Counted from the stretch's first letter, positions 24,620 to 38,606 are shown. The stretch is 64,000 nucleotides of DNA from Haliotis rufescens (GCF_023055435.1 NW_025964389.1:372001-436000); one strand, 5' to 3'. A program made the numbers and translations. The notes: generated by a model not told the origin, from the sequence alone.

Positions 24620-24978
24620 TGGTAAGCTGATGGAGCTACAACACCAGAAGATGGTTGTGTGACATGACAAGTCGTAATGTGCCTGTTAATGATGAAATGC
24701 TGATAGAGAAAGCTCGCGACTTTGGTGGCAAAATGGACATTTCTGACAAATTCAAACCTCGAAATTTGGTAAAGTTCAAACTTCCATGACAGACTTTTGG
24801 AAACGTGTATGAATAAAGATTGAGTGGATGTATCTGTTTGTTCTGTCATCTGTCATGAGTTGCATAATTGAAGGGAAGTAACTCTTCCAGTAAGAAGCTG
24901 GTTTCAGTTATACGGAAATTCGTTTATACGGACGAATTGTGAAATGACGCAAGTGTCCGTATAAACGAGGCACGACTG
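24620..24978 (+). mobile_element. Internally deleted pogo/Tigger transposon relic
   Basis: 24649-24756 reads RWLCDMTSRNVPVNDEMLIEKARDFGGKMDISDKFK (CENP-B-type HTH). 24768-24812 reads GKVQTSMTDFWKRV* (PIP-box-like C-terminus). TIR-like end CGAGGCACGACTG-TA. Confidence 0.75.
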
Positions 24979-26396
24979 TACTAACCACAAACTTGCCCGA
25001 CCCTGACTCGACTATTTACTGCGCTCACCATGTATACAACCCAAATAAAGTTACAGTATAACCGGCATGACAGATTAATAGTAACATGAAAGAATAGGGA
25101 GTTCTTTAACTGATCTGGAGCAGAATAGCTGCGGGCATAGCGTTCAACAACAAATAAGGAGACCTGATGCCATCAACTATGTCGGCCATGGAACTAGACA
25201 TCCATCATTCTCTGTTCAGGATAAGCTTGTAATGTACGCTGGAATGGACAATCATTCAACCAAATCCAGAGTTTATGTAAATTGTCTAGCTTCGAGATTA
25301 TAGATACCGTTACCGAGATTGGATTTACCTTCGCAGTTGATCGATATGATTGTGCAAGCTGATACTGGCACGACCGTACCCACAAATGTCAACGTCTCCT
25401 CAATAAGCTTAACCAGTTCCCATCATCCGTAACATAAATGTGTTTGTAAACATTGGTCTTGTTGATGCGTTTCAATGACGACTCATACGGGACGATGCCT
25501 CCGAGGATGATATTATGCTTTGGCTAAATCTTTAATCTGTGAAGTCAGTAAGAGTAACACGTTCGTTGAACCACCAGCGAGTTATATACACATCGTTTCT
25601 ATTACATAGCGAATGAAAAGAGAAAACGACAATGTTGTATCGATATATTCTATATTGAGAAGAAAAAGCCTTCGTGTTTACATTTCAGTATCATAATGAC
25701 GGGAAAACACTGTAAAATAGATTATTTGTTTGCAATCCACTTTCCGGCATGTATTGACACATTTCTTTTCAGGGATATATTGACGTGTTACTGAAACACT
25801 TTCAGCGAGCCGGATACTACATCAGTGCTTATTTTATTAAGTAGTTTCTCTACGGAAACATCCAAGAAGGAGTTTGATTTTGCAAAATAATCAATTTTTG
25901 TAAGACGTTTCATTATTATTTTTGTAAATTATACAATTTTTTCATAACACATTTAACAAGAAAGAGAATCATAATACCACTCCCAGGGGGAAAACGGGGC
26001 TACTCTTGAGATACATATCACAGCTACTCACATTTATGCATCACTGCTGCTCAAATATTGAATAACATATGGTTACACTACATCATGGTTATTTAAATGT
26101 GACAGTTCCTATACCACATCCTCTCAAATGCATATACCTTGGTCACTATTCATATGTATATGTAAGTACACCAGTGTTCCACGATATGGTGTCCATGTCG
26201 CTCTAGACGATGTATATATACATCTGTGACAAACTGGACAGTGTATGTGTGTTCGCATAAAAAAAATCTGGGCTAAAGACAAAATGTAAACGATCAGAAC
26301 CAATTTGCTGTGACTAGTCCATATTTAGTTTTTCTATACCAACGTATACGTGAGACACCGTGTAATATACGTGTGACTGCGGCTAAATATCGAATG

Positions 26397-26638
26397 TTTG
26401 GTTGGTTGGTTGGTTGGTTGTTTAACGCCGCACTAAGCAATATTCCAGCTGTATGACGGCAGTCTGTAAATAATCGAGTCTGGACCAGACAATCCAGTGA
26501 TTAATATCATGAGCATCGATACTCTCAATTGGGATCGATGACATGCATCAACCAAATCAGCGAACCTTACCATCCGATCCCGTTAGACGCCTCTTACGGC
26601 AAGCATGGGTTGCTGAAGACCTATTCTACCCCGGATCT
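26397..26638 (-). mobile_element. SINE-like family B, single-module subfamily, slightly 5'-truncated
   Basis: 13-bp TSD TAAATATCGAATG (26384-26396, 26639-26651); (AACC)n tail. Confidence 0.92.
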
Positions 26639-26835
26639 TAAATATCGAATGAGCCCTGGATATCCGAATGCATATATCATGGCTACACAATTATGACATA
26701 ACCATAATTATGTTATGGCAGGTCAAATATGACATTACGGGGAAGAAAAAGGATTTATCACGGCAACTCAAAAGTATGTATCATGGCTACCTAAATATGA
26801 ACGATTGTGAATACGCATATACCACGGCTACTCAA

Positions 26836-27135
26836 AAGCATATATCATGGCTGGTCAAACGTGACATATTCTGCTACAGACATTTACATATCACGGTAAT
26901 GAAAGCATATATCATGGCTGGACAAACGTGACATATTCTGCTACAGACATTTACATATCACGGTAATGAAAGCATATATCATGGCTGGACAAACGTGACA
27001 TATTCTGCTACAGACATTTACATATCACGGTAATGAAAGCATATATCATGGCTGGTCAAACGTGACATATTCTGCTACAGACATTTACATATCACGGTAA
27101 TGAAAGTATATATCATGGGTCCTCAAATGTGACAT
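26836..27135. repeat. 67-bp minisatellite (~4 copies)
   Basis: Period of 67 measured between 26836 and 26903. Confidence 0.93.
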
Positions 27136-27179
27136 TGGGCTCTGAAAATTATATACTACGGCTACACAAAAGAAAATTT

Positions 27180-27460
27180 CATGGCTTCTCAAATACGACA
27201 TTCCGCTACACACATTCACATATCATGGCTACTCAAATACGACATTCCGCTACACACATTCACATATCATGGCTACTCAAATACGACATTCCGCTACACA
27301 CATTCACATATCATGGCTACTCAAATACGACATTCCGCTACACACATTCACATATCATGGCTACTCAAATACGACATTCCGCTACACACATTCACATATC
27401 ATGGCTACTCAAATACGACATTCCGCTACACACATTCACACATCATGGCTACTCACATAC
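27180..27460. repeat. 44-bp minisatellite (~6 copies)
   Basis: Unit ATCATGGCTACTCAAATACGACATTCCGCTACACACATTCACAT. Confidence 0.95.
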
Positions 27461-27841
27461 ATTATGGACGCAGGAGTAGTATTACGGATACATAAATGTG
27501 ACATTTTAGTCACACATTGTCACACATCACCACAGAAACCCAATATATCCACACCTAGTCTTTCTTCTAGTCTTCCCAGAACGTCGCGTTCAAGCTTATT
27601 GCAAATACACAGCGACCCGCACCTATTCCAATTGCGGAACCCAAGCTGCTATTTCATATACGTGTACAACAGCACTTATTAGGAATTGTCACTGAGCTTG
27701 TTGCTTGTGTACTTGTGAAACAGACTAATTCATTTTATACATTAAATAACTAGTGTATTTGTATAGATACAACAGTGAAAAGACGTATTACCTCTTTGTG
27801 TTGCTCTCTTTTGACTTACCGCTGCGTCTAAAGCTACAACG

Positions 27842-27861
27842 CATTATTATTATCATCATCA

Positions 27862-27922
<61 letters not shown>

Positions 27923-27990
27923 CAGCAATTATTTTTTGTTAAACCCGTCAGTTCGTTGTAAGCGTGTTCGTTATAACCGTAGTTTACTGT
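27842..27990. repeat. (ATT)n microsatellite followed by one end of the Tigger-type MITE
   Basis: ATT run to about 27919, then CCGTCAGTTCGTT..GTTCGTTATAACCGTAGTTTACTG at 27945-27990. Confidence 0.85.
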
Positions 27991-30391
27991 GTTATTAAAG
28001 CCTAAGCACACCATGACGTATCAAAACAAACATGCATGTAGACTTTGCTACTGTTTTAAAAACAGGGTAGAGCTGTCGTTTACATTTCAGTGCGTCAACA
28101 TCAACAAATATGATCGCGTGGGGTCTCTCGGTAGGCTACCTATCTATGTCCCGTGACCGGACCTCCAAGCCTGTACAATCTTCATTGTATATATAATAGG
28201 TACAGTTATCAAGAGGTCATTGTAGACAGTCATCGAGAATGCCACTGACCTCACAGTGGCTGAGGTAGAACTGAGGTCGATATTTACCTCAACATAGAGA
28301 GTGATTTACTAATTACACACCTAACGAGAAACAGTTCATATACGTCCGTGTAGAATATATGAAAAATATGTTTCGAATAATAATAACCCTTTATCATTGA
28401 ACAATATGTCATTATAACGCGATTAGTTGGTTTGACGGCTTTGTTAGCTATGTTGTCAAAGATGGGGGAAACCCTTCTTTCTGACCAAATAACAGTTCCT
28501 ACTTCTGTTGTGTTTGGACAACTCCTTTTCAAACAAGCCACCGGTGTTATATAAAACTAAGGGGGTGGGGGGTGGGTGAGGGGTGGAGGTAGGGGGGTGA
28601 CGTTTACCCAAAGGAGGGTAAGTAGTTATGTACACATATAAATAGTCAATGTCAGCGAGGTCGCTATTACGTAATGTTTGTCAAAGCGCCCGTTCTTGTC
28701 AAGCAGTAATTAACAGTACATTGAAGTTCTTTGGGCACGACACAATATTAATGCGAGTCGTATAAACACATTGAAGGTGTTCTGGGCACGATGTAATATT
28801 AATATGAGTCGTTCAGTATTCAAAATAAACACATCGCTAACCAAGGTAGCCACTTTCAGTCTTATCTGAGAATACAGGTCAGTCGAAATCAACGAGCGAG
28901 AACCGGCTGCCAACTTGTTGCTGCGTCAAGATAATCCACGCACAAAGGGGTGTCCACTTTGTTTAGTACGAGTGGGAAGTGTCACGTCTTCTGATAGATG
29001 TCTCAGAGGCCACCAGCTACACAAAAAAACACCGTCATTCTGTCGAGTCGGGTTGGCCCGCCACGCAAATGATTTGGACTTTTCCCAAAACTCACACCTA
29101 AACCCGGTTTGACAAAACAGCTAGAGAGGCCCCCGACATTCCCAAACTTCACACGTGTAACATAGAAATCGTTTGGGTACAAAACAGACCACATTCAGTC
29201 GACTTACCTTTTTTAATTAGCACGAACGCTACAGGTAAATCCGATACGTTAGCCCTTGTTAACGGGACAGTGAGACTGAATGGGTTTCAGTCAGCAACAT
29301 CCTCTATGTGTGGAAAATATGACGAGTTTCCGCTGTCCCCGTGACTTACGTGAAAGACATGGTTTGGACACAGCACACTTCATGTCCTCACAGGCGGTAT
29401 GTAGGGCTATATCGTCAATGTTAGTCACAGCGTGTATAACACACCCTCCAATCTACGTCCTGCTTCCGCGTTTACTCTGTCAAAGGGAGGTAACTGTTGT
29501 TATGCATAGAAAACCACGTTGCAAGAGGCGATCCTTCAACCCGTATTATTTATACCGCACGTTCTAAGCCCTTTTATAGCTCTCTCCCTTTATGATTGGA
29601 AGGGAAGTAACTGCCGACGGGCAAGTAGATCATAGCCTTCAGGAAGGACCCGTGTCACCTCCTTGTATCGGTCCTTTGTGAATAGAAAACTCACTGACAA
29701 AACATATATATGTTCCGTTCGATGAATCTTACTCATACAAATATTTGCCATTAAATAATACAAGTTACAAAATCATTGTTATTACATCAAACAGCAATGT
29801 ACGCTGTCATAATGATGATAACGTTGAGATTTGAAAACTTCGAGCGGTGAAATGTATCCATATACTTTGATCGATGGGCGGAGTGACAGAAGACTCCCCA
29901 TTTCATGAGGCCAATCACCATGTCGATTACGCTGCTCTTATCCTGACATCTTTATGATGTGAGCAGAGATGCCATTTGATTGCCAGAGAGCGCAGCAACA
30001 CGCTGTATTAGGCAAGTAACATCAACAAAGGTCAAAGTTCACGGCAACTAATTCGATATTTTTTTCCTGCAGTGAAACTATCGATTATTCCATTACCGAA
30101 TTTCCACTTAGAAAACGCTATGAAGCTGCGCCGACAAAAAGAGATTTTTAAAATGAATTACTAAGGACTGGTTTCGATGTAAGAAAATGTACTTTATTGT
30201 GTTATGCAATATTAAGCATCCTTCACGGTTGTCGACATCATCAACTCCAGCATCCGTGTTTCATAGGCCAAAGCAAGTACATGCACGTATCATAAATCTC
30301 GCGAAACAGTTACACCACAAATAACAGAGCAAGCGGATGAGAACTGATGTCCGTTCCAGCCACATCTCTTCCAACCCCTTCCTCCCTAACC

Positions 30392-30968
30392 TAGACTGGG
30401 AGCAGTCCCTTTTCAAATATGAATTAACAAAATATCATTTTTTTAAAATAACATGCTTTCCTCGTCCCTCGTGTTAACCGAATGCACAAAAACTGTAATA
30501 ATTAATAATTATATGTTTGCTTGTTTGAGGTGATGTGAGACACTACTTGATAATAATTGATTGTGTTTTTATTTAAGTAAAAGCGCCACTGGTACATGTT
30601 TCATGTACAGGGCATTATCATTCATCGCACTGTATGTAGAGACACAATTGATATGATATTCATACATGGTATAGATGAGATTATTTTTTGTATTATGTAT
30701 AACTGGAACACACCATTGAAAATTAGTTCGCTTTTTCGAGCAAAGAATACAGATTTTGCAAACAATGATATCACCATATGGGTTGGATACATATAATATT
30801 TAAGAATACTGGTTTGTAATTCTGCAGCAGATTAGGCAGACATGGAATTCATATTCGACAGACAATACAGAAAGGCCATAGGTGTTCATGTCATTTGATA
30901 ATATATTCCACTTTCTTTGAAAATAGAGCGATATTTTATTATATTGAAATGGAGACCGTCCCAGTCTA
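30392..30968. mobile_element. MITE-like element with TAG...CTA termini
   Basis: TAGACTGGGA / TCCCAGTCTA termini extending imperfectly to about 40 bp; degenerate ~10-bp flanking repeat. Confidence 0.7.
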
Positions 30969-31699
30969 CATCCCAACCCAATAGACCAGATTATTGTCCT
31001 TCAACCCGCCATACACTCGCCCATCAAACAATAACCAGAGGATAATGTCGAAACGATGCGGGAGTGCCAATCCTGTCCAAACCTAACCACGTCACGATAT
31101 GTATTGCGAAACAACAGATCCCGATTTTCAAAATTCTCGTTATTATTTCACCATTTCAAATACCATTAAATAGATACAAAGATCTGTACTGGGCGAGACG
31201 GCCAACGGCAAGCTTGAGCAACGCAACAACTGCATGTATTATTCAAAAGCGAGCAGACCGTGGAGACGAGTTGTAAATAACACTGCAGACAGTGCATTAA
31301 CCTGTCACGCGTATTCCTCAGCCCGTGGCATTTCTAAACAATATTGTTCGTGGTAATAATGACAGCCCCGGAGCAAACTGCGTAAACAGTTCACAAAAGG
31401 CCCACGCTCAAAGCGGGCAATTAATGTTTGATTTGAAGGATTCTATGGTTTATATGACCATTTTTAAAAGCATTAAAGTGTCCGTAGTTAACCATATATA
31501 AACTGAATGACAAGTCATACATTTTCAGATGACTGTTCTCTTTATTAGTGTTATTTTAATATCTAAAACATAACATTTCGTTTCCGGATTTTAACAAGGA
31601 TGGATTGTAAGACACTGTATGTATTTTAACTGCTCGTATTATATGGGTTTTGGCATTCAACTTAGAGGTACACAGATCCCCTCGAAATATCAGGAACCA

Positions 31700-31955
31700 T
31701 TGGGACACGGTTTATCCAGTGGTCTGAGGCGCCTCAATGCTTTGCAGAGTTGAGCCCCTTAGACGTGACAGGATCTGCATCGCGGTTTTGACTCGCAGAA
31801 GACATCGAGTTGTATCTTACGTCGCTTTTAAAATAGTCCAGCAATTTCACGGCGTGGGACGCTAGAAATGGGTTAACACATTGTGCCCATGTTAGTAATC
31901 GAACCCGGGTCTTCAGCGTGACGAGCGAACGCTTTAACTACTAGGCTACCACATC
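31700..31955. mobile_element. Decayed SINE A head (plus) and SINE C (minus)
   Basis: Partial matches to both consensi. Confidence 0.7.
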
Positions 31956-32065
31956 GCAACAGAATATAGCTGGGTATGTCACCACCAAACCGTGCCCATG
32001 GGCTTCCCAAAACATAGTTAAGGTCTATGCGTCACTTTGATCTGAATATATTTACAACCGCATTA

Positions 32066-32355
32066 TTGAGTGAGTGAGTTTGGTTTAACGCCGCATTTGA
32101 CAGTATTCCAGTTATATCACGGCGTGTCAGCTTAATGTGGGAGGAAACCCCGAAGTGATGCAGGTCTCTGACGTTTACCACTTCGGTGAAACCCACGAGC
32201 ACGGATATGGTGCTGACAAACCCAGAAACATAATCGAGGCGAACCGGGATGTACCGGGATTCGAACCCACGATCATAGGTTTCCGGCGTGCCCAAGGGAC
32301 GCAACTATGCACAGCGAATCGCGGCGCCTTAGAAGACTGGGCCACACGTGCCCCC
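32066..32355 (-). mobile_element. SINE family A, full length
   Basis: 12-bp TSD ACAACCGCATTA (32054-32065, 32356-32367). Confidence 0.94.
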
Positions 32356-32530
32356 ACAACCGCATTAAGCTGGCACTCCGGGACATTACTGATATACAGT
32401 CTTAAACTATCAACACTCATTTGACATCAAATTGAAAATGTCGAGTATAAACGTATACAAATTAACAATTATCAAGTTGTTTTTTACCACAGAGGACAAT
32501 GACCGCTGTTGTTGTACATGAACTCGACAC

Positions 32531-32760
32531 ATATCCGGGTAAGAATTGGTCTTCAGCCACCCATGCTTGTCGTAAGAGGCGACTAACGGGATCGGGTGGT
32601 CAAGCTCGCTGAATTGGTTGATGCATGTCATTGTGTCCAAGGTCGATGCTCATGATGTCAATCACTGGATTCAGACTAGATAATTTATAGACCGACGTCT
32701 TATAGCTTGGATATTGCCGAGTGTGGCGTTAAACAATAAAAAACAACCACACAAACAACA
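32531..32760 (+). mobile_element. SINE-like family B, single-module subfamily
   Basis: Colinear with the family B consensus. Confidence 0.87.
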
Positions 32761-34275
32761 TATATTCCAGACATCACTTGAATCACTTAAGCTAGTGCCT
32801 AAACCTGCATGTAGCAGAGGTCCTAGTCCTACAACGCTCTCTCCAAGGCCAACCTCATACAAGTCAACATTTGAGTCACGAAACGCATAACGGTGCAATT
32901 TCAATTAGACAGAGGAATGAAAAACAACCGGCTGCAATCTTCCAGTCAAATCGGTTTTATCGAGTTGGTTAGCACACAAGCATAGTCCCCGTCAAGCCAG
33001 GCCTGTCAACCAACACAACGTGTCATCCTCCAGGAAAGTCTCAAGCATAAAGTCCCACAAATCTCTAACCGCAAGAGACCAGGTTAATTCCTATGCCATC
33101 CAGCTCTCGCCCTAAATCCCACGATAAAAGACAACGAGGAATAAAAAACAAATCATTTACGCTTTCATCACCAAACATGTCGAAACCAATCACATTCCAT
33201 TGAATACTGACGTCCCATGGCGAGCGCATGCTATAGTGCGTCGACGCGAGGTAATCACCAGTCGAACTATTTGCATATCTTTACATATTCCCTGGGTCTA
33301 TTCTCGCATCTGACCGAGGCTCTGTACACATATTAGAATATTTATAGAAACCCAAATGAACACCGTGTGTTTTATTATTTGCAAGAGTGATACATATATA
33401 CATTTTTGTGAACGTGTTTACAACGATAATCCTTATGACGGCATCGTGTTATTGTATTGCGCACAATATCCAATTCTGTCTCAAAATCGTTTTTCATCAA
33501 ATGCATTATTCATAACCGTATATATTGGTCGGTAATGTTTACAAAATAATCTATTAGCCAGGTTTTCGGAGATACTTCACGCCTAAGAAGTGCACTATCC
33601 TAACAAATAGAATAATTAAATATAATTAAGACAATACATTTAAAATGTACAAGTATGTACCTGCTCATTCAATGAGATCGCGTATAGCCCGGATTGCCAT
33701 TTGATACGCTCCTCTACATGTGAACAATGAACAAGGTTGCCAAAGTTGAAAAAGATAAGGTTTGGAAGTCTTTTTTTAACACCAATACTGCGCTGAAATG
33801 ATTGTTCTAATCCCATTCCATAAGTTTAACAGTAGCCATGTGATGTGGCTCCAAGATGAAGAGAACTGACAGATGTGACATGTACCCCTTGCAGAGACAA
33901 ACTGTTTTAACCGTTATGATGATATTTAGAACGAGGCAATGAACTGTTTAACTGTTTGATGATGAGACAAGGGAAGATTTTTCTATTCGTTCATAAATGG
34001 ACAAATTTTGAGTTGCCAGAATCTGAAAAAAATAATGCTCAATCGAAGAAAGAATATTTAATACATGTCATTCTTCGAAATGACTATTATCCATGTGTTT
34101 TTAACTTTTTCTTTTCACTTTTTGAATGGAATTTTTCAATAACGTGTACATATGCAGGATATATTATGTGAAGATTTTGTGCGGGACAGTAACGAAAATA
34201 AACTCTCTGTCTGTCAAGTTTCCCAATCCACCCAACCACCAACACCCCATCCGTAGTCCAAGACGACAAACTTAC

Positions 34276-34525
34276 CTGCCCTAGATAATATCCCGAAGCT
34301 CACAAAATTTCGTAATAAACGATAATTAATAAAAAAATAATATATTAATAAAAACAAAAAAGCAAAAAGGTCATGTCTACATCAAAACACCCGTCACCAA
34401 CAGTAATTACTCACCAGTTCAAAACAATATCCTTAAAAAATTCGATCCGTCCTCAGTTTATCCCAACATCAAACATCGCAATGCACAGCACGATCCAGGG
34501 CATGTAAGGACAACCACCAACTGAA
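34276..34525 (-). promoter_or_regulatory. Candidate distal non-coding first exon
   Basis: Perfect donor CAG|GTAAGT at 34275, Inr-like TCAGTT near 34524-34519, CCAAT near 34575. Motifs only; no transcript evidence. Confidence 0.3.
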
Positions 34526-35009
34526 GTAGATTACTGAACGAGACACGAGGCCGGTGACAGGGGTACTGCATTCGGATTGGCTTTGTGTTCCGGGTCTCTG
34601 GTTATCCTGACAGAGATGATAATGAGTAAGCTTACCCCCAAGGTATTTGGGGGTGAGTTTGGGGATTACTACTCCAGTATCTTATCCTCCTTTCCCCCAT
34701 TGAATGGGGGTATATAGCAGTAAATTTCTTTGACATCTACGCAACCCCGGGTCGTTTCTGGTCACAAAGGCGTATCGCTTTTCTGATGCGTCACAAGGTA
34801 AACGGTTGAACTAATAATGTTCACAAATAACAATAGTGTCAAATTACCACGTTGTTTTGATCTGAGAGGCTTGGTTAGACGCGATCATCTAAATTCGATA
34901 TACTCTGCGCGTACTGCTGACTTAAAACCGATCAAATGATGAAATGTTTTATCTTTTTTTACCAAACGTTGTCATCTTAATTATACCGACACTGCTATAA
35001 TACAGACTT

Positions 35010-35320
35010 GATCCGGAGGTGTGGTGATCTGTCATGTTTAATATTGTTTATTACAAAAAACGGCTTAGATGCATACTTATCAATATCTAAAATATCTATA
35101 ACCATATTCATAATCTGCATCTCTTTTACTATTTTCATTACTATCATCATCATCATCATCATCATCATCATCGGGGTATGCGGTGATCTGTCATGTTTTA
35201 TATTGATATTACAAATAAGGCTAAGATACATAATCATCAATATCTTAAATATATAAACATATTCATAATCTGTATCTCAAGACTAATTTGATTACTATCA
35301 TCACCATCATCATCATCAGG
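35010..35320. repeat. Local ~160-bp tandem duplication, each unit ending in (ATC)n
   Basis: GGTGATCTGTCATGTTT...ATATTCATAATCTG..ATTACTATCATCA occurs twice. Confidence 0.8.
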
Positions 35321-35445
35321 GTGAAAGGGTAACCTACTGCTTCGAGCGTTCGCCCGACACACGTACAGAAGGCCCGGGTTCGATTCCCTACAAGTGTTCA
35401 ACGAGTGACTGCCGTGATATTGCTTGAACCCAACTCACTCACTCA
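35319..35445 (+). mobile_element. SINE family C, decayed and deleted
   Basis: GCGTTCGC..CCCGGGTTCGATTCCC..GCCGTGATATTGCT..ACTCACTC. Confidence 0.7.
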
Positions 35446-37496
35446 TCATCATTTTAATCGGCAATCTGTATTTCGTTATCGAGTATTGAAATCTGTGCTA
35501 AAGTAGCAATAGATGTTCTACTTGTACAAGCTTGACTACATGTACACATCGATTCCCCATAACCCCATCGCATACAATTTGGAAGACATTGTTTCAGTAG
35601 ATTGATGCTGTCTCCCTCCCACTATCTTCCAGTCCGTTACGCACAGGGCTAATAAAGACTAGTTGTCTGGAAAGCGTAACGTCCCAGGTGAACTGATGTG
35701 TTGAATTAAGACTTCTTGTACATTAATACAAAGTCTCGGGCGAGACATTTACTGCATATCAAAGACAAGCTTCGAACAATAGTAATCAATATTCATTTGT
35801 ATAATTTGTCGTGAGCAAAGTAGTATTTCTTGTAGAGTGAATCAATGGTTGTTGTGAAAGCTGTCCCGCTAGTTGTCCAAGTACAAAGGCGCAAAGCATA
35901 CACTGAAGTAATTGATTTCTTATGGAACAAGCACCCCCTTCAGGTAACAGAAACTCACCGATATAACACACAATCTGATTGGTGGATCAGAACCCTTGCG
36001 CGGTTCGTGCAGAGATGAAGATAGTTTCACTTTCTGACATTGGGTCGTTTCTTCACGATGTCATCCGAGTGTTACCGTCATACGATCACCTAGTCGTTGA
36101 CAAGGAAACTTGAGTAGGGAATTATCTCCAAGCGTTTGTTCCCAACTACGTCGCCATTACTACAATTATCACAGTCCTGCATTAGTAACACTTGGATTCC
36201 TGCACAGTTACCTCCCCTCATTTCCCTGACCCTCTATATCCGCCAACAGTCGTCTTTGTTCGGAATCACCATAGTGAACCGCGATTCGGGTTTTAAACGA
36301 ACAGAGCCGGAAACAGCCGAAAGAAATCAATATAGCATATAACAGTAACCTAGTAAACAGTATATACATGTATACGAGACGGAAACTACCGATAACTCCC
36401 GATTAGTTTAACTTTATTGGTAGTTCAAAAACTCCAGAATAGCCGGGAACTGCCGATAACTCCCGATTAGGTTTGAAGGTAGAAATGGATAGATTTAGTG
36501 TACATGACTATCGCAAGTGATGTAAAATGAAACTTAAATGAACAACAAATTGGTCCCCTAAATCTCATTATTTTAAGTTACATGACTGAATGCAGAAATT
36601 TGGAGACGGCCCTGGCGCACGAGTGTTCATTACCGTCCAGCGTTCCGGGGAGGGGGCTCTCGGATGAAATGACCACCGGTTACTTCTTTGTCGCTGCTTC
36701 AAGACGCTGATGCTAACCCCAAATGAAACCCTTTTATCCAATACAAAGATGATCGATTTTCCTATCCCTCTCTCACCCATGAGAAGACTTAGAGAGTCTG
36801 GACGCACTTATTCAGTTACAGGCAACAAATTCAATGAGATTGGTAAGCTAATAGCAGCAGAGTCCGTCTCCCAAGGGCGGCAACGTAAACTATCTTAAAA
36901 CCACTCGTTTGCTAATTCCCCTGATCCTCTGTTCAGTTGTTTTAAGTGGTCAAACACACATCTTCAAGTGGTCTGCAACGCAGGAATGGTCAAAGCTTTA
37001 ATAGTCGGACGGCAATCATGGTCACTTGGAGGGCAAAAGCGTAGAGGCAAGATATATTTGTTTGGGCCTTAATGGTCGACCTAGGACGCCCCCCGCAGAC
37101 GGACCAATGTGCTTGAGATGTTCCTTGACACAAAGAATGGCCGGGGAAGCTTCACACGTACTGAACCAAATACGGGATTGAGTGAGTTTCTTTCATGGGT
37201 TTCATAGTCTACAGCGGGACAAGGAGCCTGAATCGTGGTTATTTGCCCTTGAGTGGTCTGTGTTGGATCATGATAATCGTACGACTAAAAAGGTTTCCCT
37301 GGCTGGTGATTGCATCCTGTCATCTTGAAAGTTATATTCAGTCAACACTTTCGTCTCACTTGCCCTTACAGATGTAACAGGTCAATTCAGCATATCATAT
37401 GTTAAATTTAAAGATTTGCAAGAGTGGCCAAACTGTCAAAGGCGTAACTATTAGTTGTTCAGAGTTACGTCCGTTAACCGAACAACTGGATCTAAT

Positions 37497-37751
37497 ATTG
37501 TTTGTTTGTCTGCCTGTTGTTTGACGCCGCACTCAGCAATATTCCAGCTATATGACGGCGGTCTGTAAATAATCGAGTCTCGACCAGACAATCCAGTGAT
37601 TGACATCATGAGCATCGATCCACGCAATGATATGCATCAACCAAGTCAGTGAGAATGACGATCCCGATAGTCGCCTCTCATGACACGCATAGTCGCCTTA
37701 TACAGCAAGCATGGGTTTCTGAACACCTATTCTACCCCGGATCTTCAGGGA
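37497..37751 (-). mobile_element. SINE-like family B
   Basis: 10-bp TSD TGGATCTAAT. Confidence 0.9.
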
Positions 37752-37861
37752 TGGATCTAATTATATAGACGAAGACCCGTGGCCTGTCTGTACAACTATG
37801 AGACTATATCCGTGGCTTTCACAGACCTACATAAGGTCAACGACCTGACACGCCGTGAAAG

Positions 37862-38142
37862 TGAGTGAGTGAGTTGGGTTAAACGCCGCTTGTAACATTA
37901 TTCCAGTTATATCACGGCGTTCCAGCTTAAAGTGGGAGGAAAGCCCGAAGTGATGCAGGTCTCAGACGTTTACCATTTCGGTGAAACCCACGAGCACGGG
38001 TATGGTATTGACAAACCTAGAAACATAATCGGGGCGAACCGGGATTCGAACCCACAATCATAGATTTCTGGCGTGCCCAAGGGACGCAACTCTGCACGGC
38101 GAATCGCGGCGCCTCAGACGACTGGGCCACCCGTGCCTCTTT
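37862..38142 (-). mobile_element. SINE family A, full length
   Basis: 11-bp TSD CGCCGTGAAAG. Confidence 0.93.
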
Positions 38143-38561
38143 CGCCGTGAAAGGACTGTAACACTAATTTAGTCTGATTAAACTCAATTCGTCCAATCAG
38201 CGAACAATGTTTACGTTGCTATAGTAGCACCGCCGCAACATTAATGTCAGAGGGCAATTCTTTCACTCATGTCACAAATCGAACCCAGTCTGCCGACAAC
38301 TATTAATAAAGGTCTTTTCTTCCACATTAAGCTGACACGCCCTGATATAACTCGAATACTGTAACTCACTCACGCCCCTACGAACGAGCAGAACATCCAC
38401 CATGCCATTCGTGACCAACTCGTGTTATTCCGGGACAAGCCGAAGGTTGCGGAAAGGGGCGAGTGGTGACGAATGCAACTATGCTTCCCACAACACACGA
38501 GTCACCTTGACCTTCACGTCATAACTAAAACATCAGATCAAACCACCTTTAAGCAAAGTAT

Positions 38562-38606
38562 TACCAGATAAGAGTGTCAACACATCGTTGACACTCTTAT
38601 CTGGTA
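38562..38606. repeat. Perfect 20-bp inverted repeat with 5-nt spacer
   Basis: TACCAGATAAGAGTGTCAAC-ACATC-GTTGACACTCTTATCTGGTA. Confidence 0.97.

Noticed and set aside
25150-25560. Possible frameshifted coding relic on the minus strand
   Set aside because: Protein-like composition but no motif I can identify.
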